Shown here in pieces: positions 1 to 11,172 of a stretch of DNA of 64,000 nt. The notes beneath the pieces were generated by a model. It did no database searches and was not told where the DNA came from. It was given only the letters and a program-made list of their open reading frames with translations. The stretch is from NCBI GenBank assembly GCA_965222615.1, contig CBDCUI010000009.1, positions 992,001 to 1,056,000 on the forward strand, read 5' to 3'. A program made the position numbers and the translations under genes. The DNA is from Gammaproteobacteria bacterium. GTDB taxonomy: Bacteria > Pseudomonadota > Gammaproteobacteria > UBA4575. How positions within the stretch are numbered: position 1 is the stretch's first letter; each line of letters opens with the position of its first letter.

Positions 1-1
1 T

Positions 2-424
2 TTAGGTACTGACAGTTGTGCCAGTAATGACGACCTTGATGTGTTAAGTGAAATTCATACCGCAGCACTGTTAGCTAAAGGCATTGCCAAAGATGCTGCT
101 GCATTTTCTGCTTATCAAGCGCTGTGCAGTGCAACCATAAATGCTGCGAAGGCCTTAGGTATAGATAGAGAAACCGGTTCGCTTGAAACGGGCAAATCGG
201 CTGACATCACAGTAATAGATATTGAATGCCTTGAGTCGCAACCCATGTATGACCCGATTGGGCATCTTGCCTACGCAACGCAACGGCATCAAGTAGCGGA
301 CGTTTGGGTTGCTGGTAAACAGTTGCTACATAATCGACAACTAACCACACTTGACCAAACTGAGATACTTGCCAAGACACATGAGTGGAACGACATGATT
401 ATGCATAATAAAATTGTAAGTTAA
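2..424 (+). CDS. TRZ/ATZ-family amidohydrolase (MtaD-like deaminase), 3' part only
   Basis: Frame is open from the window edge; LGTDSCASNDDLD and GSLETGKSAD amidohydrolase motifs; typical position upstream of ubiG. Confidence 0.85.
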   Translation, partial: LGTDSCASNDDLDVLSEIHTAALLAKGIAKDAAAFSAYQALCSATINAAKALGIDRETGSLETGKSADITVIDIECLESQPMYDPIGHLAYATQRHQVADVWVAGKQLLHNRQLTTLDQTEILAKTHEWNDMIMHNKIVS

Positions 425-495
425 ACCAAACAATTTTTTCATACTACTTTTTTATAAATACAATTTTTAATTAAATACTTTATATAATCAAAAAT

Positions 496-1200
496 ATGTC
501 AGTCAGCAATACAAACGTTGATGAAAATGAACTAGCAAAGTTTGAAGCGCTAGCGTATCGATGGTGGGACACGGAAAGTGAATTCAAGCCACTGCATGAC
601 ATCAATCCGTTGCGTTTGAATTATATAAATGAACGTGCCGGACTCAAAGGCAAACAAGTGCTAGATATTGGATGTGGAGGAGGAATTTTATCTGAGTCGA
701 TGGCAAGTCTAGGGGCACACGTCACCGGCATAGACCTAGGCGAAGCTCCGCTTGCGGTAGCAAAAATTCACGCGAAGGAACAAAATATTACTATCGACTA
801 TCAAGCAATTTCTGCAGAAGAGCTCGCTAGCAAAAAACCACAATCCTTTGACGTTGTCACCTGTATGGAAATGCTTGAACATGTTCCAAACCCTGCAGCC
901 ATTGTTGAGGCATGCTCACAACTAACTAAACCAGGTGGCCATATATTTTTTTCCACTATTAATCGTAATCCAAAATCTTTTTTATTCGCAATTGTTGGGG
1001 CAGAATATATTCTAAATCTGCTACCTAAAGGTACACATGAATATGAAAAACTAATTCGCCCCTCTGAACTCGACCGTTGGGTGCGACAAACAGCTATGCA
1101 CACCAAAGACATTACGGGCATGACGTATAACCCGATTAATAAAACTTACAAACTATCTGCAGATACAAGTGTGAATTACTTGTTGCACGTTCAGAAATAA
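496..1200 (+). CDS. ubiG: Ubiquinone biosynthesis O-methyltransferase
   Basis: [25 protein letters not shown] and CMEMLEHVP motifs. Confidence 0.97.
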   Translation: MSVSNTNVDENELAKFEALAYRWWDTESEFKPLHDINPLRLNYINERAGLKGKQVLDIGCGGGILSESMASLGAHVTGIDLGEAPLAVAKIHAKEQNITIDYQAISAEELASKKPQSFDVVTCMEMLEHVPNPAAIVEACSQLTKPGGHIFFSTINRNPKSFLFAIVGAEYILNLLPKGTHEYEKLIRPSELDRWVRQTAMHTKDITGMTYNPINKTYKLSADTSVNYLLHVQK

Positions 1201-1237
1201 ACGATTCACCACTGATATCAATAATAATTAGCCAATA

Positions 1238-1912
1238 ATGAATAGCTCACCTAAAGTTCGAGCCATACTATTTGATTTAGATGGCACGTTAGCGGATACA
1301 TCACCCGACTTGGCTGATTCACTTAACGTATTACTAAGCCGTTATAACAAAGGTAAACTGGATTACGGTCTGGTGCGCAAACATACCTCAAGAGGCAGTA
1401 TCGCAATGATCGAGCTAGGCTTCGGAGAACCGCTTGAAGAATCGTTTGTTATGCAGCTACGTGATGAATTCATGCAAATCTATGCCGATATGCTTTGCAA
1501 CAAAACTAAACTCTTTCCGGGAGTACCTGATCTGCTAGATTTTCTCGACCAAGCTCAAATGCATTGGGGGATTGTCACTAATAAGCCTGGCAGATTAGCG
1601 GAACCATTGATCCAAGAGCTTGACATCGCTTTTCGTGCTGTCTGCACAGTCAGTGGTGATTCATTGTCGCGGCGCAAACCAAGCCCAGATCAATTGCATC
1701 ATGCCGCAAATATGCTAGGGATTGAAGAATCGAATTGCATCTACATGGGCGATGACCCACGCGATATTCAAGCCGGCAAAGCAGCCGGTATGCAGACTGC
1801 CGTGGCTGCCTATGGTTATATTCAAGAAAATCAAGACCCCAGTACCTGGGGCGCAGACGCAATATTCCAAAAACCAATTGAGTTAAAGGATTGGCTTTTA
1901 GTCCATATCTGA
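1238..1912 (+). CDS. HAD-family phosphatase (Gph/MupP-like)
   Basis: FDLDGTL, TNKP, KPSP and GDDPRD HAD motifs; follows ubiG. Confidence 0.9.
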   Translation: MNSSPKVRAILFDLDGTLADTSPDLADSLNVLLSRYNKGKLDYGLVRKHTSRGSIAMIELGFGEPLEESFVMQLRDEFMQIYADMLCNKTKLFPGVPDLLDFLDQAQMHWGIVTNKPGRLAEPLIQELDIAFRAVCTVSGDSLSRRKPSPDQLHHAANMLGIEESNCIYMGDDPRDIQAGKAAGMQTAVAAYGYIQENQDPSTWGADAIFQKPIELKDWLLVHI

Positions 1913-1926
1913 TCAAAAATATATAC

Positions 1927-3240
1927 ATGATTGGATTTGAAATTCAGTATACCTGGCAAATAATCTTACTTTGCGCCAGTCTGTGTTTACTCAGTGCTGC
2001 TCTAGGCGCACTAATTATGCGAATGCGTGCAAGAGAAGAATATGAAGCGCTAGATGTTCATGCACAAAAATTATCTTTGCAATTAGAGCACGAAAGAGAA
2101 CGTTATATAGAAAAAATTGAAACTATAGAAGAATCACGACAACAATTAGAACAGACCTTCACGGTACTATCTCAGCAAGCTCTACAAACCAATAATGAAA
2201 ATTTTTTATTGCTGGCTAAAGAAAAACTTACACAATATCAAATCCAGGCCGAGGCCAATTTCGAAAAAAAAGAAAAAGCCATTGAGACATTATTACAGCC
2301 AATTAATGAAACGCTAAAACAAACCGAAGCTCAGATCCGCGCCATTGAAAAAGAGCGCAAGGAATCATTTGGTTCTCTATCACAGCACATTAAGCTAATG
2401 AATGAGACACAAAACAATCTACGCATGGAGACTCAAAATCTTGTACATGCATTACGTCGACCGGAAGTCCGCGGTCAATGGGGTGAACTCACTCTAAAAA
2501 GAATTGCAGAACTCGCTGGCATGGTGAATCACTGTGATTTTTATGAACAACAACAAGGCGATACTGGTGATACTCGCATGCGTCCAGATATGGTTGTACG
2601 CATGCCAGATCAACGTGAATTAATTGTTGATGCAAAAACGCCTTTAGATGCCTATCTCAACGCTACACAAACTGATGATGAAAACATTCGCACCAGTGCA
2701 CTAATTAAACACGCGCGTAATGTAAGAGAACGTATGCGCGAATTATCTAGCAAGGCCTATTGGAACCAATTCAAACATTCACCTGACTTTGTGGTTTTAT
2801 TTATCCCAGGCGAACAATTTCTTACTGCTGCCTTAGAGCAGGATCCACAACTATTAGAGGATGCATTAAAAAATAAAGTTATTTTATCCACCCCTACCAG
2901 TATTATCGCGTTATTACGTGCAGTCGCCTTTGGTTGGCGACAACTCTCGGTGGCTGAAAATGCAGAGAAAATTCGTGAATTGGGCGAAGATCTCTATCAC
3001 CGTTTAGCGACGTTTGCCGAACATCTGCAAAAACTAGGTAAGCATTTAGATACCAGCGTCGAACAATTTAACAAGGCGACCAGCTCCCTGGACCGCCAAG
3101 TCTTACCTGGTGCGCGAAAATTTACTGAGTTAGGAATTGAGCAAAAAAAGCCAATCCCAGACCTAAAAATCGTGGAAAACTCATCAAAATCTGTTATGAA
3201 TCAAAGCCTTAATGTAAATAATAATAGTGAAATTCCTTAG
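1927..3240 (+). CDS. rmuC: DNA recombination protein RmuC
   Basis: RGQWGE, RPDMVVRMP, VDAKTPL and DFVVLFIPGE motifs; N-terminal TM helix and coiled coil; ATG 1927 preferred over TTG 1891. Confidence 0.95.
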   Translation: MIGFEIQYTWQIILLCASLCLLSAALGALIMRMRAREEYEALDVHAQKLSLQLEHERERYIEKIETIEESRQQLEQTFTVLSQQALQTNNENFLLLAKEKLTQYQIQAEANFEKKEKAIETLLQPINETLKQTEAQIRAIEKERKESFGSLSQHIKLMNETQNNLRMETQNLVHALRRPEVRGQWGELTLKRIAELAGMVNHCDFYEQQQGDTGDTRMRPDMVVRMPDQRELIVDAKTPLDAYLNATQTDDENIRTSALIKHARNVRERMRELSSKAYWNQFKHSPDFVVLFIPGEQFLTAALEQDPQLLEDALKNKVILSTPTSIIALLRAVAFGWRQLSVAENAEKIRELGEDLYHRLATFAEHLQKLGKHLDTSVEQFNKATSSLDRQVLPGARKFTELGIEQKKPIPDLKIVENSSKSVMNQSLNVNNNSEIP

Positions 3241-3340
3241 ATTTAAGATAGGAAATAGAACCAAGTTAACAGATTTAAATCTAAGACTATCCGATAATTG
3301 GATTTCACATTGTCATCGAAAACAATAAAATTTGAACACC

Positions 3341-3970
3341 ATGAGTGATCCAGCAAAGAAAATTAGTTCTAACGTCGTTTACCATTCGGCTACCGTAACT
3401 AGACCCAGGCGCGAAAAATTACTTGGCCATACGGGTAAGGTGCTGTGGTTTAGTGGCTTGTCAGGCGCAGGAAAATCTACTTTGGCACATTCTGTAGAGG
3501 AAGAACTCCATAACCGTGGCTGTCTTACTTATGTATTTGATGGCGACAATGTCAGACATGGCCTATGTGGTGATCTTGGTTTTTCATTAGAAGATCGTAC
3601 AGAAAATCTACGACGAATTTCCGAGATGTGTAAACTCACAGCGGATGCAGGAGTAATCGCCTTTACCGCCTTCATCTCGCCAATGCGAGAAGATCGCCGT
3701 AAAGCGCGGACACTGATCGGAGACAACGACTTTATTGAAATCTATTGTAAGGCCTCATTAGAAGTATGCGAGCAAAGAGATGTAAAAGGGCTTTACAAAA
3801 AAGCAAGGGCGGGCTTGATTTCCGACTTTACTGGAATTTCGTCACCTTATGAAGAACCGGAAAATGCCGATCTGATTGTGGATACAGGAGCCCATTCTTT
3901 AGAAGAATGTACCAATCAGGTACTCGGTTATCTGTTCAGACGAGGTGTATTTCTATTTACAAATAAGTAA
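3341..3970 (+). CDS. cysC: Adenylyl-sulfate kinase
   Basis: GLSGAGKST P-loop; DGDNVRHGL; RDVKGLYKKAR; FTGISSPYE. Confidence 0.96.
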   Translation: MSDPAKKISSNVVYHSATVTRPRREKLLGHTGKVLWFSGLSGAGKSTLAHSVEEELHNRGCLTYVFDGDNVRHGLCGDLGFSLEDRTENLRRISEMCKLTADAGVIAFTAFISPMREDRRKARTLIGDNDFIEIYCKASLEVCEQRDVKGLYKKARAGLISDFTGISSPYEEPENADLIVDTGAHSLEECTNQVLGYLFRRGVFLFTNK

Positions 3971-4052
3971 ACACACAATATTTTTTGATATTTAATCTAT
4001 TAGACTTCATCGTTCGTATTCAACCGCTTTCTATACTAAGACGCATTACTAA

Positions 4053-4829
4053 ATGCATCCTTCTCAGAATTTGTTGCAGAACTTAGGCGACTATCAGCCT
4101 CACAAAGACCTACTCAAAGATAAGTTTGTTGCAATAACAGGCGCAACCGATGGCATTGGCAAGGCACTTGCAATTGCATGCGCAAAGTATGGCGCAAAAA
4201 TATTAGCATTAGGTAAAAACGAAAATAAACTGAATGCCCTATTGCAAGAACTATCTAAACTTTCTAAACAAACACATCAGTTCTATGATTTGGATTTTGG
4301 CATTGCAGGAGAGGCAGATTACATTGAGTTCGCAGAATATATTGCCAAGCAAGACTCTCCTATAGACTCTTTGGTACTTAATGCCGGTTATCTAGAGGCA
4401 TTACAAGGCCTGCGAAACTACCCACTGGACACTTGGTTACAGACCATCACCATCAATCAACACGCACCTTTTATGTTAGCAAGATGCTGCATTCCTTTCC
4501 TTGAATCATCAACGGATCCATCCATCGTGTTTTCTACACACGATTGCGGCAAGGCCTATTGGGGCGCCTATGGTGTAGCAAAATCCGCACAATTAGGTTT
4601 AATGAAAATCCTGGCCGATGAGCTAGATGGAGATCTACCCATACGAGTAAATGGGGTCGACCCTGCACCGGTACGCACCAAACTACGAATCGCAGGTTTT
4701 CCTGGAGTTGACCCCGAAACTTTCCCCAAACCAGAAGATGTCGTGCCTTCATATTTATTTTTTATTGGGCCAGACAGCAAGGGAATAACAAACATGAATT
4801 ACAAAATTAATCCGGACTTTTCAGGCTAG
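4053..4829 (+). CDS. yciK: YciK-family short-chain dehydrogenase
   Basis: TGATDGIG, AYWGAYGVAK, RTKLR..FPG motifs. Confidence 0.8.
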   Translation: MHPSQNLLQNLGDYQPHKDLLKDKFVAITGATDGIGKALAIACAKYGAKILALGKNENKLNALLQELSKLSKQTHQFYDLDFGIAGEADYIEFAEYIAKQDSPIDSLVLNAGYLEALQGLRNYPLDTWLQTITINQHAPFMLARCCIPFLESSTDPSIVFSTHDCGKAYWGAYGVAKSAQLGLMKILADELDGDLPIRVNGVDPAPVRTKLRIAGFPGVDPETFPKPEDVVPSYLFFIGPDSKGITNMNYKINPDFSG

Positions 4830-4845
4830 GAAGCTCTGATTTATC
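4829..4845. repeat. Solitary terminal-IR copy of the MITE-like repeat family (GGAAGCTCTGATTTAT)
   Basis: 16-mer identical to the left end of the 28580-28724 element; overlaps the yciK stop codon. Confidence 0.6.
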
Positions 4846-5512
4846 AATTAAATTGGCATACATCAGACAAACCACAATTATTACATTTTGGTTTGGGCTT
4901 ACATACATCCTTACCATGTTGCACGACAAGCGCGTGATACTCTGCAAACAATTTGGATGATTTGGGCAGTTGTGTTTCAAACTCATCACGCAGATCGTCA
5001 TATAACTCATCGCCCGTTACACATTTAAGACGTGAAAAGATTCTGCGTGTGTAGGCATCGATTACAAATACAGATCGATTAAAGGCATACAACAGAATAT
5101 CGTCTGCCGTTTCATGACCAACACCATAGACACTCAATAATTCTTTGCGCAATTTAGCAGTAGACCAGTAGCGTAAGCGTGCATAACTTCCATTTTTCTC
5201 ATACCACTCACAAAATTTCTTCAAACGTCGTGCTTTTACATTAAAGTAACCAGATGGCTTTAGGAGTTTAGCTAACTTGGCATGTTTTGTATTGACGATT
5301 GCCTTTGCATCAAGTAATTCAGCCGACCTTAAATTTGCAATCGCCTTTTCAACATTGGTCCATGCCGTATTTTGAGTAAGAATCGCACCCACCATCACCT
5401 CAAACCTCGAATTCGCAGGCCACCAATACTGCCTGCCATGTTGATGTTTGAGTTTTTTATATACCGAGTGCGCCCATTTTTTATTGTGAAGCTTGCTTGT
5501 CAGACTCACCAC
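4844..5512 (-). CDS. Endonuclease III-related HhH-GPD protein with 4Fe-4S motif
   Basis: GAILTQNTAW, GVGHETAD, VIDAYTRR; C-x6-C-x2-C-x5-C at the C-terminus. Confidence 0.9.
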   Translation of the reverse strand: MVSLTSKLHNKKWAHSVYKKLKHQHGRQYWWPANSRFEVMVGAILTQNTAWTNVEKAIANLRSAELLDAKAIVNTKHAKLAKLLKPSGYFNVKARRLKKFCEWYEKNGSYARLRYWSTAKLRKELLSVYGVGHETADDILLYAFNRSVFVIDAYTRRIFSRLKCVTGDELYDDLRDEFETQLPKSSKLFAEYHALVVQHGKDVCKPKPKCNNCGLSDVCQFN

Positions 5513-5540
5513 CTTAGTTAAATCTCAAATCACGTATAAG

Positions 5541-6269
5541 TTACTTAACTAGTTTGCACAATTGCTGGATCTTGTCTGCCGATAGTTCTATATAACTACC
5601 CTCTTGCAGTTGCCTCGGCAATGTAATTGCACCAAAACGTGTGCGCATCAATCTACTCACTTGCAATCCTTGCGACTCCCACAGTCTACGCACCTCTCGA
5701 TTACGACCTTCTTTTAACACGATACGATACCATGTGTTGGTTCCCTTAGTTTCTTGTGCCTCAAGCACAGTTAGTCTTGCAATACCATCTTCAAGTCGCA
5801 CCCCTTGCTGTAAATGCGTCAACATTTCATCTGTAACCTCACCATGAACACGTACGCGGTATTCGCGCTCTATTTCATTACTCGGGTGCATCAATGCATT
5901 GGCGAGATTCCCATCGGTAGAGAACAACAACAGACCTGAAGTATTAATGTCTAAACGCCCAATCGAAACCCATCGAGCTGAGCTCAACACAGGTAAACGA
6001 TCAAAGACAATTGGCCTTTGTTCTGGGTCTGAGCGTGTCACAACTTCTCCACACGGCTTGTGATAGAGCAGCACCCTCGCCTTTGAGTTTCTATTTGTAA
6101 CTTTTACGAGCTCATTACGAATTACAATCTCCTCATCCCCATTGATCCGTTGACCCAGAACACAAACCTCGCCATCGATAAGAATCTCGCCAGCTTGTAT
6201 CCAACGCTCAATCTCGCGACGCGATGCAATTCCGTGATTGGCTAGATATTTTTGTACTCGTTCAGACAA
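5541..6269 (-). CDS. rluB: 23S rRNA pseudouridine synthase RluB
   Basis: S4 domain (SRREIERWI), GRLDINTSGLLL, EGRNREVRRLWE. Confidence 0.92.
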   Translation of the reverse strand: MSERVQKYLANHGIASRREIERWIQAGEILIDGEVCVLGQRINGDEEIVIRNELVKVTNRNSKARVLLYHKPCGEVVTRSDPEQRPIVFDRLPVLSSARWVSIGRLDINTSGLLLFSTDGNLANALMHPSNEIEREYRVRVHGEVTDEMLTHLQQGVRLEDGIARLTVLEAQETKGTNTWYRIVLKEGRNREVRRLWESQGLQVSRLMRTRFGAITLPRQLQEGSYIELSADKIQQLCKLVK

Positions 6270-6424
6270 AACGTGTATCGGATGAATTTAATCAGACTTA
6301 TTGAAAAAATTTTATACTGAGCCGGTAATATTCAATCAGACGGGGATACTACTATATTTAATTTGCATATCCGCTCACAATAAAAAAATACAAATATTAA
6401 TTACGTGTTTTTACTAGACAAAAA

Positions 6425-7375
6425 TCAGTTAAACATTTTTATAAGTTTTATCACTTCACCTGGTTGATCTAAAGGCAGAAAATGCCCGCCATTTTCAACA
6501 GTCAGAGTTTTAACATTGGATATTAGACTTTCATCATACTCACGTTCTTCCAACGTAGACCAATCATGGCTACCCCAAACAAGTAATACAGGTACCTTTA
6601 TGTTTACGTACCGCTCATTAGCCGCATCCCAACTATTTGCGTTTCGCAGCAAACTGAGAAAGGCCCGGTAATGTTGTTTTCGATCACCGACTCGATACAT
6701 TTCCTTGGCAAGTTCCAACGAAAGACTATTTGGGTCCGCTACCCCACCACGTAATACTTGTTTCATAATCACAAAATTACGAAGTCGCATTACTGTTTCA
6801 CCAATAAATGGAATTTTTGAAGTGTGCGTTATCATCCCGCCCAAAAATGAACTTCGGGCCATCCCTTTTCCTTGATGATAGTCATAAGGATTAATGGCAA
6901 CAACACGAGTCACATGCGGATTTTGATTGCTTGCAACTAATAGTGATATGGATGCCCCAATGGATACACCGGCAAGAGTTACATCCTCAAGGCCCATACT
7001 TTCAATAAATCCCTCAACATACTGGACAAAGAAATCAGCGTCATAATTACCATCCGGAATTTCGGAAAAGCCATGTCCGGGGTAGTCCAGCGCATAAACC
7101 GTAAAGTCTTTCGATAACTCGGGAATTACTTTCTCAAATAGATCTAACTGTGTTCGCAGTGTATGCAATAAAAGAAGCACTGGCCCCTGGCCAGTTTTAA
7201 TGTAGCGTAATTTTGTTCCACCAACATTGGTATAAGAATTCGAGATTTCTGGTGCCCACCTCAATTGGCCTGGAGGATTAGGCTCGGTTCGCGTCCACTC
7301 GACTGTAAATGAGATCAACCACGTAATAATACCTACTACGATGAATAAGAGCAGAGTTTTGATTATCTTTATCAT
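6425..7375 (-). CDS. Membrane-anchored alpha/beta hydrolase
   Basis: LLLLHT, DYPGHGFS, GVSIGA nucleophile elbow, GGHFLP; N-terminal TM segment. Confidence 0.85.
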   Translation of the reverse strand: MIKIIKTLLLFIVVGIITWLISFTVEWTRTEPNPPGQLRWAPEISNSYTNVGGTKLRYIKTGQGPVLLLLHTLRTQLDLFEKVIPELSKDFTVYALDYPGHGFSEIPDGNYDADFFVQYVEGFIESMGLEDVTLAGVSIGASISLLVASNQNPHVTRVVAINPYDYHQGKGMARSSFLGGMITHTSKIPFIGETVMRLRNFVIMKQVLRGGVADPNSLSLELAKEMYRVGDRKQHYRAFLSLLRNANSWDAANERYVNIKVPVLLVWGSHDWSTLEEREYDESLISNVKTLTVENGGHFLPLDQPGEVIKLIKMFN

Positions 7376-7806
7376 TCAACCATAACTACTCAATTGGCGC
7401 AGAAAATTTTTGGTGATCACATGAGTATATAAAAATAACTATGCGTACCACAATCAATGCTGCAATATTTATTACGGTTTGTAATAAGACACACCTAATT
7501 ATGCAGTATCATTTGTCACTGTAACATTATTTATATATAACAAATCGTCTTTTTAGTATGTTAACAAAACACGGCTCAGAAGCTACAATGGATTTTTCAA
7601 CGTGATGTAATGCCCCAATTCGCTAGATATTTTGTACGCGTATAGAGAACAGTGATATCTTACCGCGGAGAAGATCTCCCCAGCACCCACTAACGATTCA
7701 AAGTGCGAGCACATAGATGTGCAAGTGATTGCTATCATAGAAGATGCGTTCTAATTTATAATATCTACTAGCGATTTAAAACGCATATTATGGTAATTGG
7801 TGAGCA

Positions 7807-7890
7807 ATGAATATTGGTGAAATAGTGACAATTGTATTTATGTTTGCATTCATAGTTGCAATATCATGGTTTTTATTTAAGAAAAAATAA
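7807..7890 (+). CDS. Putative 27-aa single-pass membrane peptide (not in ORF track)
   Basis: ATG..TAA frame MNIGEIVTIVFMFAFIVAISWFLFKKK; GGTGAG just upstream. Confidence 0.4.
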   Translation: MNIGEIVTIVFMFAFIVAISWFLFKKK

Positions 7891-8278
7891 ATCTATCTCC
7901 CTTTGCCTAAACACTTATTTGAAATCATTTAATTAAAATATACTTATGCCCAAGAGGCTTTGAATAGTTACTAAAAAGTAGTAGCCGCCAGAAACCTGAA
8001 AGCAGAAAAACTTCAAATATTTATTCAATTGCATTAAAAGAAAGTCCCAACTTAAAAGCGTAGGGCTAGTATTTGATTTTACTTAATAAGTTTAGCAGCA
8101 AAAGGATATGCGCAATTCATCGCCACGCTATGGCCAGCTTAAACTAAGCGAATTTCTTACTAAAGTGTCTAGATCACCATCTACTGTATATTTAGCGGTA
8201 TAATATTTAGTGCCATTTAAAATTATTACACACTAGCTTAAATAATAATTATAAAGCTAGAGAGAGGAGGCTTTACTC

Positions 8279-10402
8279 ATGGCAGTTAATCCAAATATTG
8301 AAACCGCATTCGGTGGTTGTCCTCACGATTGTCCTGACACCTGTGCAATGGTGTTTTATATTGAAGATGGAAAAGTGGTGGGTGTTAGAGGTAATAAAGA
8401 TCATCCCATGACGCGAGGGGGGTTGTGCGTTAAGTTAAAAGATTACGAAAAGCGTCACTATCACCCTGATCGTGTTTTATATCCGCTGCGTCGCACCGGC
8501 CCCAAAGGCAGCAAACAATTTGAGCGTATTACCTGGGATGAAGCACTGGATGAAATCACTACGAAATGGAAAGCCATCATAGAAGAATATGGACCTCAAG
8601 CGATCATTCCTTATAGTTACCTAGGTCATCAAGGACTTGTGCACGGTTTAAACGGCGGTGATGCATTTTTTAATCGCATGGGTGCGACAGTATGTGAACG
8701 TACCTTTTGTGGTGAAGGCTCATGTACCGCTTGGCTGTTAACCGTTGGACCCACAGCGGGTGTTGACCCGGAAAGCTATATTCATTCCAAATATATCGTT
8801 ATCTGGGCGTGTAATAGCATGAGCACTAACCTGCATCATTGGCACATTGTCCAGGATGCAAAAAAGAAAGGTGCCAAGGTAGTTGTCATTGATGCCTATG
8901 CTTCACGCACGGCAAAACAGGCCGATTGGCATATCGCACCTAAACCAGGCACGGATGGTGCATTAGCGATGGCAGTTATTAATAGTCTTATCGAACAAGA
9001 TTTAGTAGATAAAGATTATGTTGAGAACCACACGGTTGGTTATGACGAATTGGCGGAACGCGCTAAAGATCGTACACCTGAGTGGGCAGAAGAAATCACG
9101 GGTGTAGCAGCGAGTGATATTCGAAAACTTGCAAAAGAATTAGCTATTGAACAACCGGCAGCAATACGTATGGGTGTCGCACTTGAACGGCATCATGGTG
9201 GTGGTCAGACCATACGCGCAGTGACGAGCATTCCCGCTTTAACGGGTGCTTGGCGTCACGTCGGTGGAGGTGTAACTCAATTTCCTGTTTGGGAACACCC
9301 TTATAGGTTTGATGTGATATGCAGACCTGATTTAATCCCACAAGGCACACGCGTTATAAATAATCTACAGATTGGGCGGGCATTAACTGGCGAAATGGAC
9401 CTAGATATCCCGATTAAATCGATGATGTGCTGGAATTCAAATCCAGTCACACAAGCCCCAGAGTCAGATAAGATTGTTAAAGGTTTAATGAATGAAGATT
9501 TATTCCTGGTCTCAGCTGAGCATTTCATTTCTGATACGGCTTCTTATGCCGATATCGTATTGCCAGCCTCTATGGGTGCCGAATTGGAAGACATTATTTT
9601 GTCATGGGGGCATTTATATCTGACCTACAATGCCAAGAGTGTTGAATCACCGGGAGAAGCGATCCCCAACAATGAAATTTTCCGCAGGCTCGCTGAACGT
9701 ATGGAATTTGATGATGATCAATTCAAATGGTCAGACTCTGAATGTCTGGAGAACTATATTGATTGGGATGCACCAGCCTGTGATGGCATTAATTTGGATT
9801 ATCTTCGCAACAATGGTTTTGCCCGTTTGAATGTTGGCACTAAAGATGATCGCAGCCCACATAAAGAAGGTAATTTTCCGACACCCTCAGGTAAATGTGA
9901 GTTTAAGGTTGAAGACGCAACTAACTTTGTTGCTGGGCCATTCCGTCAGATGTATGAAGGGCTCCAACCTGGCGAACCACTAGATAGTTTGCCGGATTAC
10001 GTACCACCAAGAGAGTCTGCACAGTCCAACCCGGATCTGGCAAAGAAATATCCATTAAATATTGTCTCACCCAAGAGCCATGGTTTTTTGAATTCTTGTT
10101 ATGCCAATATGGCGCACAAGATCAAAGGCCAAGGAGAACAATTTGTGTTAATTAATGCTGAGGATGCAAAATCAAGAGGTATAACGGATGGCGATAAAGT
10201 ACATGTATTTAATGATCGCGGAGGCTTCGAAGGCGACGCCAAAATTACCGAAGATGTCAATCCCGGTTTAGTTGTTGCAACACTTGGTTATTGGCGACAG
10301 TTAACCAAAGGGACAGTTAATATTATTAGTTCAGCTGAGTTTGTAAATATGGGACATGCACCTACATTTTCAGACAATCTGGTACAAGTAGAATTAGTTT
10401 AA
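8279..10402 (+). CDS. Molybdopterin-dependent oxidoreductase (DMSO reductase superfamily)
   Basis: CPHDCPDTC...GLCVK Fe-S motif, RITWDEALD, TASYADIVLPA, molydop-binding C-terminus; strong RBS AGGAGG. Confidence 0.92.
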   Translation: MAVNPNIETAFGGCPHDCPDTCAMVFYIEDGKVVGVRGNKDHPMTRGGLCVKLKDYEKRHYHPDRVLYPLRRTGPKGSKQFERITWDEALDEITTKWKAIIEEYGPQAIIPYSYLGHQGLVHGLNGGDAFFNRMGATVCERTFCGEGSCTAWLLTVGPTAGVDPESYIHSKYIVIWACNSMSTNLHHWHIVQDAKKKGAKVVVIDAYASRTAKQADWHIAPKPGTDGALAMAVINSLIEQDLVDKDYVENHTVGYDELAERAKDRTPEWAEEITGVAASDIRKLAKELAIEQPAAIRMGVALERHHGGGQTIRAVTSIPALTGAWRHVGGGVTQFPVWEHPYRFDVICRPDLIPQGTRVINNLQIGRALTGEMDLDIPIKSMMCWNSNPVTQAPESDKIVKGLMNEDLFLVSAEHFISDTASYADIVLPASMGAELEDIILSWGHLYLTYNAKSVESPGEAIPNNEIFRRLAERMEFDDDQFKWSDSECLENYIDWDAPACDGINLDYLRNNGFARLNVGTKDDRSPHKEGNFPTPSGKCEFKVEDATNFVAGPFRQMYEGLQPGEPLDSLPDYVPPRESAQSNPDLAKKYPLNIVSPKSHGFLNSCYANMAHKIKGQGEQFVLINAEDAKSRGITDGDKVHVFNDRGGFEGDAKITEDVNPGLVVATLGYWRQLTKGTVNIISSAEFVNMGHAPTFSDNLVQVELV

Positions 10403-10418
10403 TTTAAGTCAAAAATAT

Positions 10419-10526
10419 AGAGGGTCAAATTTACGTTTTAGAATACAAATGATATTCACAGCCAATTGAGCGGTATTTATACTTTGCATAGCTTTGGTTT
10501 TCTTCTATAACGTAGACGTGCCCTCT
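10419..10526. repeat. Degenerate inverted-repeat (REPIN-like) element
   Basis: AGAGGGTCAAATTTACGTTTTAGAA pairs with TTCTATAACGTAGACGTGCCCTCT (about 20/25) between convergent genes. Confidence 0.4.
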
Positions 10527-10599
10527 TTTTTCGACCTAAGGCGGACATTTTAAATGTACCTTTTTATACATATATAGAAGTTTGCATTTTTAGGAACTA

Positions 10600-10920
10600 T
10601 TAAACTTTACAATCGTTACCCTCTAACTGCCACGATTGAACCAGGTCATTAGTAGAAACGCCGACGGTGATTTTGCAATATTTTGGCACTGTATCGATAG
10701 TGCCTTCAATAGGCGTATTAGCCAGTCCTTCGTCAAACATCCAAGAATACAGTGTATTACCATTTGAAAGATCGCTTATATCATTTGGCGTTCCCCAATG
10801 CTGAATTAATCCGTTTACATCATGACCAATCCACGTGCTTAAATTCCATTCAAGATTTTCTCTTGAAGCACATCCGTCCAACAAAATAAAAAGAATGACT
10901 ACAAATAAAGTCCATTTCAT
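10600..10920 (-). CDS. Hypothetical lipoprotein
   Basis: Signal peptide with LDGC lipobox; WIG...LIQHWGTP motif; RBS AGGAG. Confidence 0.75.
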   Translation of the reverse strand: MKWTLFVVILFILLDGCASRENLEWNLSTWIGHDVNGLIQHWGTPNDISDLSNGNTLYSWMFDEGLANTPIEGTIDTVPKYCKITVGVSTNDLVQSWQLEGNDCKV

Positions 10921-11031
10921 AGCTCCTCCTACAATTGATTTTTTTATTTTAGTAAAAGTATTTTATAATTAATTATTCTTAGTTGCAGAAGTTTAATTAA
11001 CTTACTGATTTAATAAATGGCCGCTAACGAT

Positions 11032-11060
11032 GGCGGTCTCAATGGGTGGATGCAACACTT
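11032..11060 (-). mobile_element. Orphan IS30-family terminal inverted repeat remnant
   Basis: GGCGGTCTCAATGGGTGGATGCAACAC resembles IS30/IS1086-type ends; minus strand reads SVASTH-stop, like IS30 transposase C-termini; no transposase follows. Confidence 0.45.
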
Positions 11061-11172
11061 TGAAATAGAGTGAAAAAAGGCTGCAAAAGCTAAGAGAAAT
11101 GCAATTACATCAACATCTTAAGATGTAGATCAATAAAAGATGGCTCGAAGCAAGTAATAATGCAGTATTTAT

